NCBI GenBank assembly: GCA_018813025.1
Contig: JAHJCL010000037.1
Location: 1 to 62,159, forward strand
Length of the DNA stretch: 62,159 nt
Source: Patescibacteria group bacterium
GTDB lineage: Bacteria > Patescibacteriota > Minisyncoccia > Minisyncoccales > DG-74-3
Reading direction: 5' to 3'
This document shows, in pieces, positions 39,037-48,942 of the stretch. The translations under genes were made by a program, and so were the position numbers. Within the stretch, counting starts at the first letter, position 1; each line of letters starts with the position of its first letter. The notes under the pieces were generated by a model. The model was not told the origin of the DNA. It searched no databases and saw only the letters and a program-made list of their open reading frames with translations.

Positions 39037-40232
39037 TAATAAAGAAGATTAAAAACATAAAAGCCAGAGAGATATTAGATTCAAGAGGAATACCTACGAT
39101 TGAGGTTGATTTGGCTGTTGATAATGATTTTTTTAGAGCAGCGGTACCGTCCGGTTCTTCAACCGGAAGATATGAAGCTTTTGAATTAAGAGATAAAGAT
39201 AAAAACAGATATAGAGGTAATGGAGTTCGGCAAGCTGTCCAAAATGTAAATAAGATTTTAGCTCCGAAACTTAAGGGAATGAAGGTAATTGAACAGGAAA
39301 AGATAGATAATTTAATGGTTGAAATTGATGGGACTGAGAATAAATCTAAATTAGGCGCTAATGCTATTTTGGGCGTATCAATGGCAATCTGTAGAGCTGG
39401 AGCTTTAACGCAAAAAATGCCATTATGGAAATGGATTTCCAAACTAACTGGGACTAAGCCCAGTTTACCTCAACCTTGTTTTAATATTATTAATGGCGGA
39501 AAACACGCTGGCAATGACTTAGATTTTCAGGAATTTATGATTGTGCCGGGATTAGGTAATTTTTCTAAAAATCTGCAAGCAGGAGTGGAAATTTATCACA
39601 CTTTAGAAGAAATTTTGAAGAAAGAATATGGTAAAAGCGCCGTTAATTTAGGTTATGAGGGAGGATTCAGTCCATCATTAAAATTTCCCATCCAAGCTTT
39701 AAATTTAATTTTATTAGCTGTTAAAAGAGCCGGGTATAATAAAAAAGTAAAAATAGCTATCGATGTTGCCGCTTCTGAAATTAAATCCAAAAAATACGAT
39801 ATTGATTTTTATTCAGATTTAGTTAAACAATACCCGATAATATTTTTAGAAGACCCTTTTTCCGAGGATGATTGGAATGATTTTTCCAATATTACTAAAA
39901 GACTTGGTAGAAAAACAATAATTGTCGGTGACGACCTTTTGGTTACCAATCCCAAAAATATAATTAAAGCCCAGGAAGAAAAGGCCTGTAATGGTTTATT
40001 ATTAAAAGTTAATCAAATAGGCACTCTCACTGAAGCTTTTCAAGCTTTTAATTTAGTTAAAGCTTTTAATTGGAAAGTTGTTGTTTCTCATCGTTCCGGA
40101 GAAACAGATGATAATTTTATATCTGATTTAGCCGTCGGTTTAGGAGCTGATTTTATTAAAGCTGGAGCCCCGGCCAGAGGCGAAAGAGTCGCCAAGTACA
40201 ATCAATTATTAAGAATTGAAGAAAATTTTTAA
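39033..40232 (+). CDS. eno: enolase
   Basis: AREILDSRGIPTIEVD, SGSSTG, IVGDDL, LLLKVNQIGT, SHRSGET. Confidence 0.9.
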   Translation: MIIKKIKNIKAREILDSRGIPTIEVDLAVDNDFFRAAVPSGSSTGRYEAFELRDKDKNRYRGNGVRQAVQNVNKILAPKLKGMKVIEQEKIDNLMVEIDGTENKSKLGANAILGVSMAICRAGALTQKMPLWKWISKLTGTKPSLPQPCFNIINGGKHAGNDLDFQEFMIVPGLGNFSKNLQAGVEIYHTLEEILKKEYGKSAVNLGYEGGFSPSLKFPIQALNLILLAVKRAGYNKKVKIAIDVAASEIKSKKYDIDFYSDLVKQYPIIFLEDPFSEDDWNDFSNITKRLGRKTIIVGDDLLVTNPKNIIKAQEEKACNGLLLKVNQIGTLTEAFQAFNLVKAFNWKVVVSHRSGETDDNFISDLAVGLGADFIKAGAPARGERVAKYNQLLRIEENF

Positions 40233-40236
40233 ATTA

Positions 40237-40842
40237 ATGCCTAAACTATTTTTATTAAGGCACTTAAAATCACAATGGAATTTAGAGAATCGTTTTACGG
40301 GTTGGACTGATGTTCCTTTGAGTAAAGAGGGAATTGAAAGCGCAAAAAATGTGTCTGAAAAGATTTCCGGTGCGGGTATAGATAAAGTTTATACATCGCC
40401 GTTAATCAGAAACAAAGAATCAGTTTTTTTGATTCTAAAAAATCTTAACAAAGAAAATTTGCCGATTATTATTAATAAAGCATTAAATGAAAGAAATTAT
40501 GGCAAATTACAGGGTTTAAATAAAGATGAAGTTAAAAAACAATATGGCAATGAGCAAGTTAAAGCATGGAGAAGAAGTTGGGATCAAGCTCCGTTAGAAG
40601 GAGAAAGTTTAAAAGACGTTTTTGAAAGGGTAATTCCATTCTTTCAGGAATATATTGAAAATGATTTAAGAAGCGGAAAGAATATTTTAGTTGTTTCCAG
40701 TCACAATTCATTGAGAGCAATAGTTAAATATATGGAAGATATTTCAGACGAGGAGATTATTAATTTAGAAATTCCTTATGCTGGATTAATTATTTACGAC
40801 CTTGATAAGGATTTAAAGATTATCAAGAAAAAAACCGTTTAA
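40237..40842 (+). CDS. gpmA: histidine-phosphatase-type phosphoglycerate mutase
   Basis: LLRHLKSQWNLENRFTGWTDVPLS and SSHNSLRAI. The ATG at 40237 is preferred over the track's TTG at 40216. Confidence 0.75.
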   Translation: MPKLFLLRHLKSQWNLENRFTGWTDVPLSKEGIESAKNVSEKISGAGIDKVYTSPLIRNKESVFLILKNLNKENLPIIINKALNERNYGKLQGLNKDEVKKQYGNEQVKAWRRSWDQAPLEGESLKDVFERVIPFFQEYIENDLRSGKNILVVSSHNSLRAIVKYMEDISDEEIINLEIPYAGLIIYDLDKDLKIIKKKTV

Positions 40843-40907
40843 TTTTTCTTTACAAAATAGTTCATTTAATCTAAAATGAAAAATATATTACATAATTTAA
40901 GAAAGAT

Positions 40908-41558
40908 ATGATTTCAATAAATAAAAAATGTCTCGCGATTGTTCTGGTTATTCTGGCAATTTTAATAATTGCTGTTGCAGCTATTAATTTAGATAAAATT
41001 AAAAGCATGTTAGCAACAGAAAAAAAGATGCCGATTCAAGAAGCAGCTAATTTAGCCGTTGATTATATTAATAATAATTTACTAGCTGAAGGAGCTAGTG
41101 CTTCTTTAATGAACGTAGCTGAAGAAAGCGGATTATATAGAATTCATATTAAAATTAGCGACCAGGAATACGACTCTTACATCAGCCAAGATGGTCTTAT
41201 ATTATTTCCACAGAACTGGGTTAAATTAGAATCTCAAAAAGAAGAATTACCAAATGAGGAATCTCCGGTGGTAGAGGATGCCTCTTTAGAAATTTTGGCC
41301 AAATGTCTGACTGAAAAAGGTTTTAAGTTTTATGGTTCATCTTCCTGCAGTTGGTGTAATAAAGAAAAAGATCTTTTTGGCAATGCTGCTCAATATTTAC
41401 CCTATATTGAATGCGTCGGTTCTGATGGGCAATTAGCTCAAGCTTGTATAGATGCCAAAATTGAAAGCTTTCCGACCTGGGAATCGCCGGATGGAACTAA
41501 ATCTCCAGGGTTTAGAACTCTTGAGGAACTATCTCAATCGTCTGGTTGTTCGCTTTAA
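40908..41558 (+). CDS. membrane-anchored thioredoxin-fold protein (CSWC)
   Basis: N-terminal TM helix. C-terminal FYGSSSCSWCNKEKDLFG plus further Cys residues (YIEC, QAC). Confidence 0.45.
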   Translation: MISINKKCLAIVLVILAILIIAVAAINLDKIKSMLATEKKMPIQEAANLAVDYINNNLLAEGASASLMNVAEESGLYRIHIKISDQEYDSYISQDGLILFPQNWVKLESQKEELPNEESPVVEDASLEILAKCLTEKGFKFYGSSSCSWCNKEKDLFGNAAQYLPYIECVGSDGQLAQACIDAKIESFPTWESPDGTKSPGFRTLEELSQSSGCSL

Positions 41559-41563
41559 ATTTT

Positions 41564-41806
41564 ATGAAAAATACAGTTAAAGTTTTTTCCAGCCCCTTCT
41601 GTGTTTATTGTTCTGTTTTAAAACAATTTTTAACAGAGCATAATATTGGATTTGAGGAATTTGATGTTTCTCAAGATGCCAAAGCTCGAGATGAGATGAT
41701 TGAAAAGTCAAAACAAATGGCTATACCAGTTGTTGAAATAAACGGCGAAATAATCATTGGCTTTGACAAAAATAAAATCGTGGAACTTTTAGGCATGAAA
41801 GAATAA
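41564..41806 (+). CDS. glutaredoxin/NrdH-like small redoxin
   Basis: VKVFSSPFCVYCSVLKQFL (CxxC) ... IPVVEINGEIIIGFD. The ATG at 41564 is preferred over the track start at 41546. Confidence 0.75.
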   Translation: MKNTVKVFSSPFCVYCSVLKQFLTEHNIGFEEFDVSQDAKARDEMIEKSKQMAIPVVEINGEIIIGFDKNKIVELLGMKE

Positions 41807-41818
41807 TTTTATTTAAAT

Positions 41819-42832
41819 ATGGCAATTAAAATCGCAATCAATGGATTTGGCCGTATTGGCCGGGCTACTTTTAAAAGTATTCTCAAAAATCATCCCCACT
41901 TAGAAGTGGTGGCTATTAATGATTTAACCTCCCCCGGAGTTTTAGCTCATCTTTTAAAATATGATTCAATTTATGGGGCTTATGAAAAAGTGGTAAAGTT
42001 TGACCAAGAAAATTTAATAATCAATGGCCAAAAAATTAAAGTTTTAAGTGAAGAAAATCCCGCTGAATTGCCTTGGAAATCATTAAAAATAGACATTGTT
42101 TTGGAATGTACCGGAGTTTTTAGAGATTTGAAAGGGGCTCAACAACATATTAAAGCCGGTGCTAAAAAAGTTATAATTTCTGCTCCAGCTAAGGGAGATA
42201 ATATTCCTTGTTTTGTTTTGGGTGCTAATGAAGAAAAATATAATCCTGAAAAAGACAATATTGTTGACATGGGTTCCTGTACCTCAAATTGCTTGACTCC
42301 AATTGTTGAAATTTTGGATAGAGAATTGGGAATAATTTCCGGTTCAATGACTACTGTTCATAGCTATACCAATGACCAGAAAATATTGGATTTGCCTCAT
42401 AAAGATTTGCGTAGAGCCAGAGCAGCCGGAATGAATATTATTCTAACCAGTACCGGAGCAATAACAGCTGTTGAAAGAATTTACCCTCATTTAAAAGGAA
42501 AATTAAACGGATTGGCAATAAGAGTTCCGACTCCAGTTGTTTCAGTTATTGATTTAGTTTGTAATGTTAAAAAAGAGACCAACGCTCAAGAAGTCAATTA
42601 TTTTTTTAAAAAAGCTAGTGGAACAGTAGAGTATCGCAATATTTTGGGAATCGAAGATGCTTTACTAGTTTCAACCGATTATGTGGGTAATACTTATTCA
42701 GCAATAGTTGATGCCGAAAGCACTAAAGTTATTAATAATAATTTAGTAAAAGTTCTAGCTTGGTATGATAACGAATGGGCTTATTCTTGCCGTTTGGCTG
42801 AATTCGCTGAATTTATCGGCAGAAAGCTATAA
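41819..42832 (+). CDS. gap: glyceraldehyde-3-phosphate dehydrogenase
   Basis: INGFGRIGR, SCTSNCL (catalytic Cys), WYDNEWAY. Confidence 0.95.
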   Translation: MAIKIAINGFGRIGRATFKSILKNHPHLEVVAINDLTSPGVLAHLLKYDSIYGAYEKVVKFDQENLIINGQKIKVLSEENPAELPWKSLKIDIVLECTGVFRDLKGAQQHIKAGAKKVIISAPAKGDNIPCFVLGANEEKYNPEKDNIVDMGSCTSNCLTPIVEILDRELGIISGSMTTVHSYTNDQKILDLPHKDLRRARAAGMNIILTSTGAITAVERIYPHLKGKLNGLAIRVPTPVVSVIDLVCNVKKETNAQEVNYFFKKASGTVEYRNILGIEDALLVSTDYVGNTYSAIVDAESTKVINNNLVKVLAWYDNEWAYSCRLAEFAEFIGRKL

Positions 42833-42858
42833 TCTTGTTTTTAAAAGTTAATTTTAAT

Positions 42859-42891
42859 GGGTGAGAGTTGTTCGCCCCTTTTTAATTTTTT
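42859..42891 (+). terminator. rho-independent terminator after gap
   Basis: gggtga / tcgccc stem with a 7-nt loop, followed by ctttttaatttttt. Confidence 0.5.
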
Positions 42892-42936
42892 CAAGGACAA
42901 GGTATAATAAAAAAAAGTATTAATTACAAAAAGGTT

Positions 42937-44877
42937 ATGAGAAAAAAAGCTAAAGTAGTGAAAAAAGGAGAACTATATTTTCCCAACCAAGAATTCAAAA
43001 AGAGAGCTTTAATAAAAGACAAAGCAGTTTACAGAAAAGCTGCTAAAAATCCGGTTAAATTCTGGGAGGATTTAGCTAAAGAAGTAAACTGGTACAAAAA
43101 GTGGAAAAAAGGTTTTGTCCACAAACCTCCCTACTTTCAATGGTTTGTTGGAGGCAAGATTAATATTACTGAAACTGCCCTAGAAAGGAATCTAAAGACC
43201 AGAAGAAACAAGCTAGCTTTAATTTGGGAACCTGAACCCGTTACAGAAAGGGCCAGATATTTTACATACTATGATCTCTTTAGAGAGGTGAACAGGTTTG
43301 CTAATGCTTTAAAGAAATTAGGAGTGAAAAAAGGAGACAGGGTGGGTGTTTATTTACCCATGGTTCCAGAAGCTATCATTTCCATGTTAGCTTGTGCCAG
43401 AATTGGAGCTGTTCACGTAGTTGTCTTCTCAGCTTTTAGTTCAAAAGCCTTACAAATTAGATTACAAGACACTAAAGCTAAAGTTTTAATCACAGCAGAT
43501 GGTTATTACAGAAGAGGAGAGGTTATTCATTTGAAACAAAATGCTGATAAGGGCTTAAAAGATACTGATGTGAAAAAGGTGGTAGTGGTGAAAAGAGTTG
43601 ATAATGAGGCAAAGATGAGAAAGGGAAGAGATCTTTGGTGGCATGATTTAGTTAAAAATGAAAGTGATTGGTGTGAATCTGCTGTTATGGATAGTGAAGA
43701 TCTTTTATTCATTTTGTATACCAGTGGCAGCACAGGAAAGCCAAAGGGTTGTTGTCATGTTTGTGGTGGTTATACTGTACAGGCCAATTTTACTGCCAAA
43801 TGGATTTTTGACCTAAAAGAAGATGATATTTTCTGGTCTACAGCTGATGTTGGATGGATTACAGGTCATACCTATGGTTGTTATGGTCCCTTACTTTGTG
43901 GAAGCACTTTCATCATTTTTGAAGGAGCTCCTGATTGGCCAACTCCTGATAGGTGGTGTGATATTATTGAAAAGTATGGTGTGACCACTTTTTATACTGC
44001 CCCTACCGCCATTAGAATGTTTGAAAAATATGGTATAGATTTAATTAGAAGACACAAGTTAGAAACCCTGCAAGTTTTAGGTTCTGTTGGTGAACCAATT
44101 GATGAAGCAGCTTGGAAGATGTTCTTTAAAGAGGTTGGAAAAGAAAGATGTCTTTTAGTTGATACTTGGTGGCAGACAGAAACAGGTGGTATTTTAATTA
44201 CTTCTTTACCAGGGGTTGGTCCTTTTAAGCCTACTTTTGCAGGTTTACCTTTCCCTGGAGTAAAAGCTGACATTTTAGATGAAAAAGGAAGGTCTTTGCC
44301 AGCCAATAAAGAAGGAAACTTGGTTATTTTACCTCCTTTTACTCCTGGGCTCTTGAGAACGGTTTACAAAAATCCTAAAAAGTTTTTGAAAACCTATTGG
44401 GCTGATTACGGTAAAAAAATATATTTTACTAATGATAGTGCCCTTAAAGATAAAAATGGTCTAATTAGGATTGTAGGAAGAGTGGATGATGTCATTAAGG
44501 TAGCAGGGCACAGATTAACCACAGGAGAATTAGAAAGTGCCATTGCTTTGCACAAAGATATTATAGAATGTGCTGTGGTGGGGAGAGCTCATGATATTAA
44601 GGGGGAGGTGCCCGTAGCTTTTGTGGTTTCTAAGAAAAAGAAACCCGTCAAGAAGCTTGAAAAAGAAGTTATTGGTCTGGTTAGGCAAGAAATAGGCCCC
44701 ATTGCTTCTCCTTCTAAAGTTTACTTTGTTAGAGATTTACCTAAAACAAGATCCGGAAAGATAATGAGGAGGATTTTAAGAAAATTATTTACTGGAGAAG
44801 GATTGGGAGACCTCAGCACCCTAGCTAACCCAGAGAGTGTTGATAATGTTAGGAAAATAATTCAAAAGTCAAAATGA
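42937..44877 (+). CDS. acs: acetyl-CoA synthetase (AMP-forming)
   Basis: YTSGSTGKPKG, WWQTETGG, and LPKTRSGKIMRR. 646 aa. Confidence 0.9.
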   Translation: MRKKAKVVKKGELYFPNQEFKKRALIKDKAVYRKAAKNPVKFWEDLAKEVNWYKKWKKGFVHKPPYFQWFVGGKINITETALERNLKTRRNKLALIWEPEPVTERARYFTYYDLFREVNRFANALKKLGVKKGDRVGVYLPMVPEAIISMLACARIGAVHVVVFSAFSSKALQIRLQDTKAKVLITADGYYRRGEVIHLKQNADKGLKDTDVKKVVVVKRVDNEAKMRKGRDLWWHDLVKNESDWCESAVMDSEDLLFILYTSGSTGKPKGCCHVCGGYTVQANFTAKWIFDLKEDDIFWSTADVGWITGHTYGCYGPLLCGSTFIIFEGAPDWPTPDRWCDIIEKYGVTTFYTAPTAIRMFEKYGIDLIRRHKLETLQVLGSVGEPIDEAAWKMFFKEVGKERCLLVDTWWQTETGGILITSLPGVGPFKPTFAGLPFPGVKADILDEKGRSLPANKEGNLVILPPFTPGLLRTVYKNPKKFLKTYWADYGKKIYFTNDSALKDKNGLIRIVGRVDDVIKVAGHRLTTGELESAIALHKDIIECAVVGRAHDIKGEVPVAFVVSKKKKPVKKLEKEVIGLVRQEIGPIASPSKVYFVRDLPKTRSGKIMRRILRKLFTGEGLGDLSTLANPESVDNVRKIIQKSK

Positions 44878-45458
44878 AAACGAGAATTCCTATTGAGGTG
44901 TCAGCTAGACACATTCATTTATCAAAAAAAGATTTAGAAAAACTGTTTGGTAAAGGATACAAGATAAAAGTCTTGAGAAAGCTTTATCAACCTGGAGAAT
45001 TTGCAGCCACAGAGACAATTGAACTTCAGGTAAATTCTAATAGATTTCCCAAATTGAGAGTGACTGGTCCTTTAAGAAAAGAAACTCAGATTGAGCTGTC
45101 TCAAACAGATGCCATTTTCTTGGGAATGAATGTTCCCATAAGAAAATCAGGCGATTTTAAAGGAACACCAGGAGCTTTTTTAATTGGTCCTAAGGGTAAA
45201 GTAAAGATAAAAAGAGGCATCATTAATGCCTGGCGCCATATTCATTGTAATCTTCAAGAAGCTAAGAAATTGGGTATAAAAAATGGGGATTTGGTTTCTG
45301 TGAAAACCAAAGGAACAGGCTCTGTTACTTTTCATAATGTTATGGTCAGGGTTGGAGAAAACTACAAGCTTTCTATGCATCTTGATGCTGATGAAGGGAA
45401 TGCAGCCCGTATCACCCAAAAAGGAGAAGGAATTTTATTAAACCAAAAAGAAAAATGA
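44874..45458 (+). CDS. pduL: PduL-type phosphate acyltransferase
   Basis: IPIEVSARHIHLSKKDLEKLFG and a second HIH-containing half (INAWRHIHCN), the characteristic duplicated PduL architecture. ATGA overlaps on both sides. Confidence 0.75.
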   Translation: MKTRIPIEVSARHIHLSKKDLEKLFGKGYKIKVLRKLYQPGEFAATETIELQVNSNRFPKLRVTGPLRKETQIELSQTDAIFLGMNVPIRKSGDFKGTPGAFLIGPKGKVKIKRGIINAWRHIHCNLQEAKKLGIKNGDLVSVKTKGTGSVTFHNVMVRVGENYKLSMHLDADEGNAARITQKGEGILLNQKEK

Positions 45459-46489
45459 TTTTGGTTCTAAATTGTGGCAGTCAATCAATAAAATGGAAGT
45501 TATTCGATAAGAATTTAAAATTAAAAGAAGAAGGAAAAAGAGAAGTTCCAAATTCTAAAGATTTTCAAAAGATTTTAACTAAAGAATTAAATCAATTAAA
45601 AGAAAGTTATTCTGGTAAGATTAAAAGAATAGGTCATCGGGTAGTTCATGGTGGTGAGAAATTCAGAAGACCTACCAAGATTACTAAAAGAGTTTTAAGG
45701 GAATTAGATAAATTTAAAAAATTAGCTCCTTTACATAATCCTTTTAACATTTTAGGTATTAAGATTTCAGAAAGAGTTTTTCCTGGGATTTTACAGTTTG
45801 CTGTTTTTGATACTGAATTTTTTGCTGATTTACCCCAAAAAGTCTTTACCTATCCTTTACCTGAAAAGATAAGGAAAAATTATGGATTTAGAAAGTTTGG
45901 TTTTCATGGCATTTCCCATGAATATGTGGCAAAAGAAGGATCTCAAAGAATTAAAAAACCTTTTGGAAAATTAAAGATTATCACTTGTCATTTAGGAGGT
46001 GGAGCCAGCATTAGTGCTATCAAATATGGTAAGGCAATTGATACTTCAATGGGATTTACTCCTTTGGAGGGTTTGGTGATGATGACACGCTCAGGAGATA
46101 TTGATCCTGGAATTGTTTTAGATCTTGCCAAAAAGTTTTCTGTTAAAAGAGCAGATAAGATTTTAAATTTTCAATCAGGAGTTAAGGGTATTTCAGGAAT
46201 CAAAAGCATGCTCGAGGTTTTAAAAAGAGTTAAAAGGGGAGATAAAAGAGCAAAATTGGCTTTAGAAATCTTTGTTTATCGTATTCAGAAATATTTAGGA
46301 GCCTATTTTGTAATTTTAGGTGGGTGTGATTTGTTGGTTTTTACAGGAGCTATTGGGGCAGGCTCTCAAAAGATTAGAAATATGGTTTATAATAACTTGA
46401 ATTTTTTAAAAAAGATAAAAATTCTAGCTATTGAGACAAACGAGGAATTAGCAATAGCCAGAAAAATTAAAACTTTAAAAAAAGCATAA
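45455..46489 (+). CDS. ackA: acetate kinase (short form)
   Basis: ILVLNCGSQSIKWKLF, GHRVVHGG, FHGISH, CHLGGGAS. 344 aa. Confidence 0.85.
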   Translation: MILVLNCGSQSIKWKLFDKNLKLKEEGKREVPNSKDFQKILTKELNQLKESYSGKIKRIGHRVVHGGEKFRRPTKITKRVLRELDKFKKLAPLHNPFNILGIKISERVFPGILQFAVFDTEFFADLPQKVFTYPLPEKIRKNYGFRKFGFHGISHEYVAKEGSQRIKKPFGKLKIITCHLGGGASISAIKYGKAIDTSMGFTPLEGLVMMTRSGDIDPGIVLDLAKKFSVKRADKILNFQSGVKGISGIKSMLEVLKRVKRGDKRAKLALEIFVYRIQKYLGAYFVILGGCDLLVFTGAIGAGSQKIRNMVYNNLNFLKKIKILAIETNEELAIARKIKTLKKA

Positions 46490-46563
46490 AAGAAATTGAT
46501 TTAAATCCAGTGATTGCAAGTAAAAAAGGCGCTTGGGCTATGAAAAGTTTAATAAAATAAAAA

Positions 46564-48942
46564 ATGGAAGGAAAAAATAAAAAAAACATTTTTTGGTTTA
46601 AGGAAATTTCAATAGAAGATGTAGATTTGGTTGGTGGTAAAAATGCTTCTTTAGGAGAAATGTTTTCCCAATTAACTAAAAAAGGAATTAATGTTCCTAA
46701 TGGTTTTGCTCTGACAACTAATTTTTATTGGGAATTTTTAAAAGCCAATAATTTGAATAAAGCACTTAAAATAATTTTTAAAAATTTTAATCCCAAGAGC
46801 ATAAAGAGCATTCAAGGAACTGGTAAAAAGTGTCGAGAGGCGATTGCTAAGGGAGAATTTCCTGATAATTTAAAACAAGAAGTTTCAAAAGCATATTTAG
46901 AATTATCTTCGAAGTATGGAAATAATACTGATGTGGCGGTGCGAAGTTCCGGTGTTGCTGAAGACAGGCCTAATGCCTCTTTTGCCGGACAATTCGAAAC
47001 TTATTTAAATATTAAAGGAGAAAAAGAATTATTAAAAGCAGTTAAAAAGAGCATTGTTTCAACTTTTACTGACAGAGCTATTGCTTATAGGGAAGAAAAG
47101 AAAATAGGACAGATGGAATTTGGACTTTCGGTTGGTGTTCAAAAAATGGTGAGGTCTGACTTAGCTTCTTCCGGAGTAATATTTACTTTAGACACGGAAA
47201 CAGGTTTTTCAAATGTTGTTTTAATCAATTCCATCTGGGGGATAGGTGAAATGATTGTCAAAGGTAAAATTACGCCTGACCAATTTTATGTTTTTAAACC
47301 AACACTTGAGCAGGGATACAAATCAATTATTGTCAGGAATCTGGGCAGAAAAGACAGAAAATATATTTATTCCAAAGGACAAGGTATTAAAGAGGTTAAG
47401 ATTCCTGTTAATAAGCAAAATCAATTCAGTTTAAATGATGAAGAGGTAATTAAACTTGCTCAGTGGGCTTGTTTGATTGAAAAACATTACAACAAACCTC
47501 AAGATATCGAATGGGCTAAAGACGGACAAACCGGTCAATTATTTATTGTTCAATCAAGGCCGGAAACAATTTATGCCCCTCAAATAGGTAATTTTTATAA
47601 AGAATATAATGTTAAAACCGATAAAAAGCCTTTGATCACAGGAATTGCCGTCGGAGCTAAAATAGGGATTGGTAAAGTAAAAAGAATTCTTGATATTTCC
47701 GATATTTCTGATTTTAAAAAAGGTGATGTTTTGGTAACTAAAATGACTGACCCGGATTGGGTACCGGTTATGCGTTTAGCTTCGGCTATTATTACCAATG
47801 AAGGAGGTAAGACAGCTCATGCAGCAATAGTCAGCCGAGAATTGGGAGTTCCTTGTATTGTCGGGACTAAGGATGCAACTAAAATTTTAAAAGACAACCA
47901 AATAATTACAGCTGATTGCACTCAAGGTTCAGTCGGCAGAGTCTTTGCCGGTAATATTCCATTTACAACGAAAACTTATAATTTAGATAAAATCCCTAAT
48001 TTAAAAACTAAGATAATGATAAATATCGGTGCGCCAGACATTGCCTTCCAAACATCTTTTCTTCCCAATGATGGTGTTGGATTGGCCCGAATGGAGTTTA
48101 TCTTAGCTGAAAAAATCAGGATTCATCCATTGGCACTTTATCATTTTGACAAGATAAAAGACAAGAAGGTAAAAAGAGAAATCGCAGAAGCTACCTTGGG
48201 ATATACCGACAAAAAAGAATATTTTATTAATAAGCTTTCCGAGGGGATTTCTCAAATTGCAGCTGCTTTTTGGCCAAAACCGGTTATCGTACGTCTCTCT
48301 GATTTTAAGACGAATGAATACAGTTCTTTAATCGGAGGAAAAGAATTTGAACCGGAAGAATCTAATCCTATGATTGGATGGCGGGGAGCTTCAAGGTACT
48401 ATGATGAAAAATTTAAGCCAGCATTTGAAATGGAGTGTAAGGCCTTAAAAAGAGCCAGAGATATTTTCGGTCTGGATAATATCTGGCCGATGGTACCTTT
48501 TTGCCGGACTGTTGATGAAGGGGAAAAAGTCATAGCTTTAATGAAAAAACAAGGGCTTGAACGGGGAAAGAAAGGATTAAAAATTATTGTTATGTGCGAA
48601 ATTCCGGCAAACGTAATTTTAATAGAAGAATTTCTGGATATTTTTGATGGAATGAGTATAGGATCTAACGATCTGACTCAATTAACTTTAGGGTTGGACA
48701 GGGATTCGGCTTTGCTTTCCAAAATCGGAGACGAAAGAAATGAGGCTGTAATGCAATCAATAAAAAAAGTTATAAAAGTTTGTTTACAAAAGAAAAAATA
48801 TGTCGGAATTTGCGGTCAAGCACCATCTGATTTTCCGGAGTTTGCCCAATTTTTAGTTCAGGAGGGGATTGAATCAATTTCTTTAAATCCCGACACGGTT
48901 ATTAAGACGATTATTAATTTAGCCAAAATTAAAAATGTTTGA
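46564..48942 (+). CDS. ppsA: phosphoenolpyruvate synthase
   Basis: VGGKNASLGEM, GGKTAHAAIVSRELGVPCIVG (phospho-His domain), GSNDLTQL. 792 aa. Confidence 0.9.
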   Translation: MEGKNKKNIFWFKEISIEDVDLVGGKNASLGEMFSQLTKKGINVPNGFALTTNFYWEFLKANNLNKALKIIFKNFNPKSIKSIQGTGKKCREAIAKGEFPDNLKQEVSKAYLELSSKYGNNTDVAVRSSGVAEDRPNASFAGQFETYLNIKGEKELLKAVKKSIVSTFTDRAIAYREEKKIGQMEFGLSVGVQKMVRSDLASSGVIFTLDTETGFSNVVLINSIWGIGEMIVKGKITPDQFYVFKPTLEQGYKSIIVRNLGRKDRKYIYSKGQGIKEVKIPVNKQNQFSLNDEEVIKLAQWACLIEKHYNKPQDIEWAKDGQTGQLFIVQSRPETIYAPQIGNFYKEYNVKTDKKPLITGIAVGAKIGIGKVKRILDISDISDFKKGDVLVTKMTDPDWVPVMRLASAIITNEGGKTAHAAIVSRELGVPCIVGTKDATKILKDNQIITADCTQGSVGRVFAGNIPFTTKTYNLDKIPNLKTKIMINIGAPDIAFQTSFLPNDGVGLARMEFILAEKIRIHPLALYHFDKIKDKKVKREIAEATLGYTDKKEYFINKLSEGISQIAAAFWPKPVIVRLSDFKTNEYSSLIGGKEFEPEESNPMIGWRGASRYYDEKFKPAFEMECKALKRARDIFGLDNIWPMVPFCRTVDEGEKVIALMKKQGLERGKKGLKIIVMCEIPANVILIEEFLDIFDGMSIGSNDLTQLTLGLDRDSALLSKIGDERNEAVMQSIKKVIKVCLQKKKYVGICGQAPSDFPEFAQFLVQEGIESISLNPDTVIKTIINLAKIKNV

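Noticed and set aside
38969-39442. Long antisense ORFs inside well-supported genes: 38969..39442 (157 aa), 51207..51689 (160 aa), 23049..23453 (134 aa), 34214..34534, 43992..44306 and others.
   Set aside because: Each is antisense to a gene with strong family motifs (eno, rplY, gdh, xseA, acs), and none has its own motifs.
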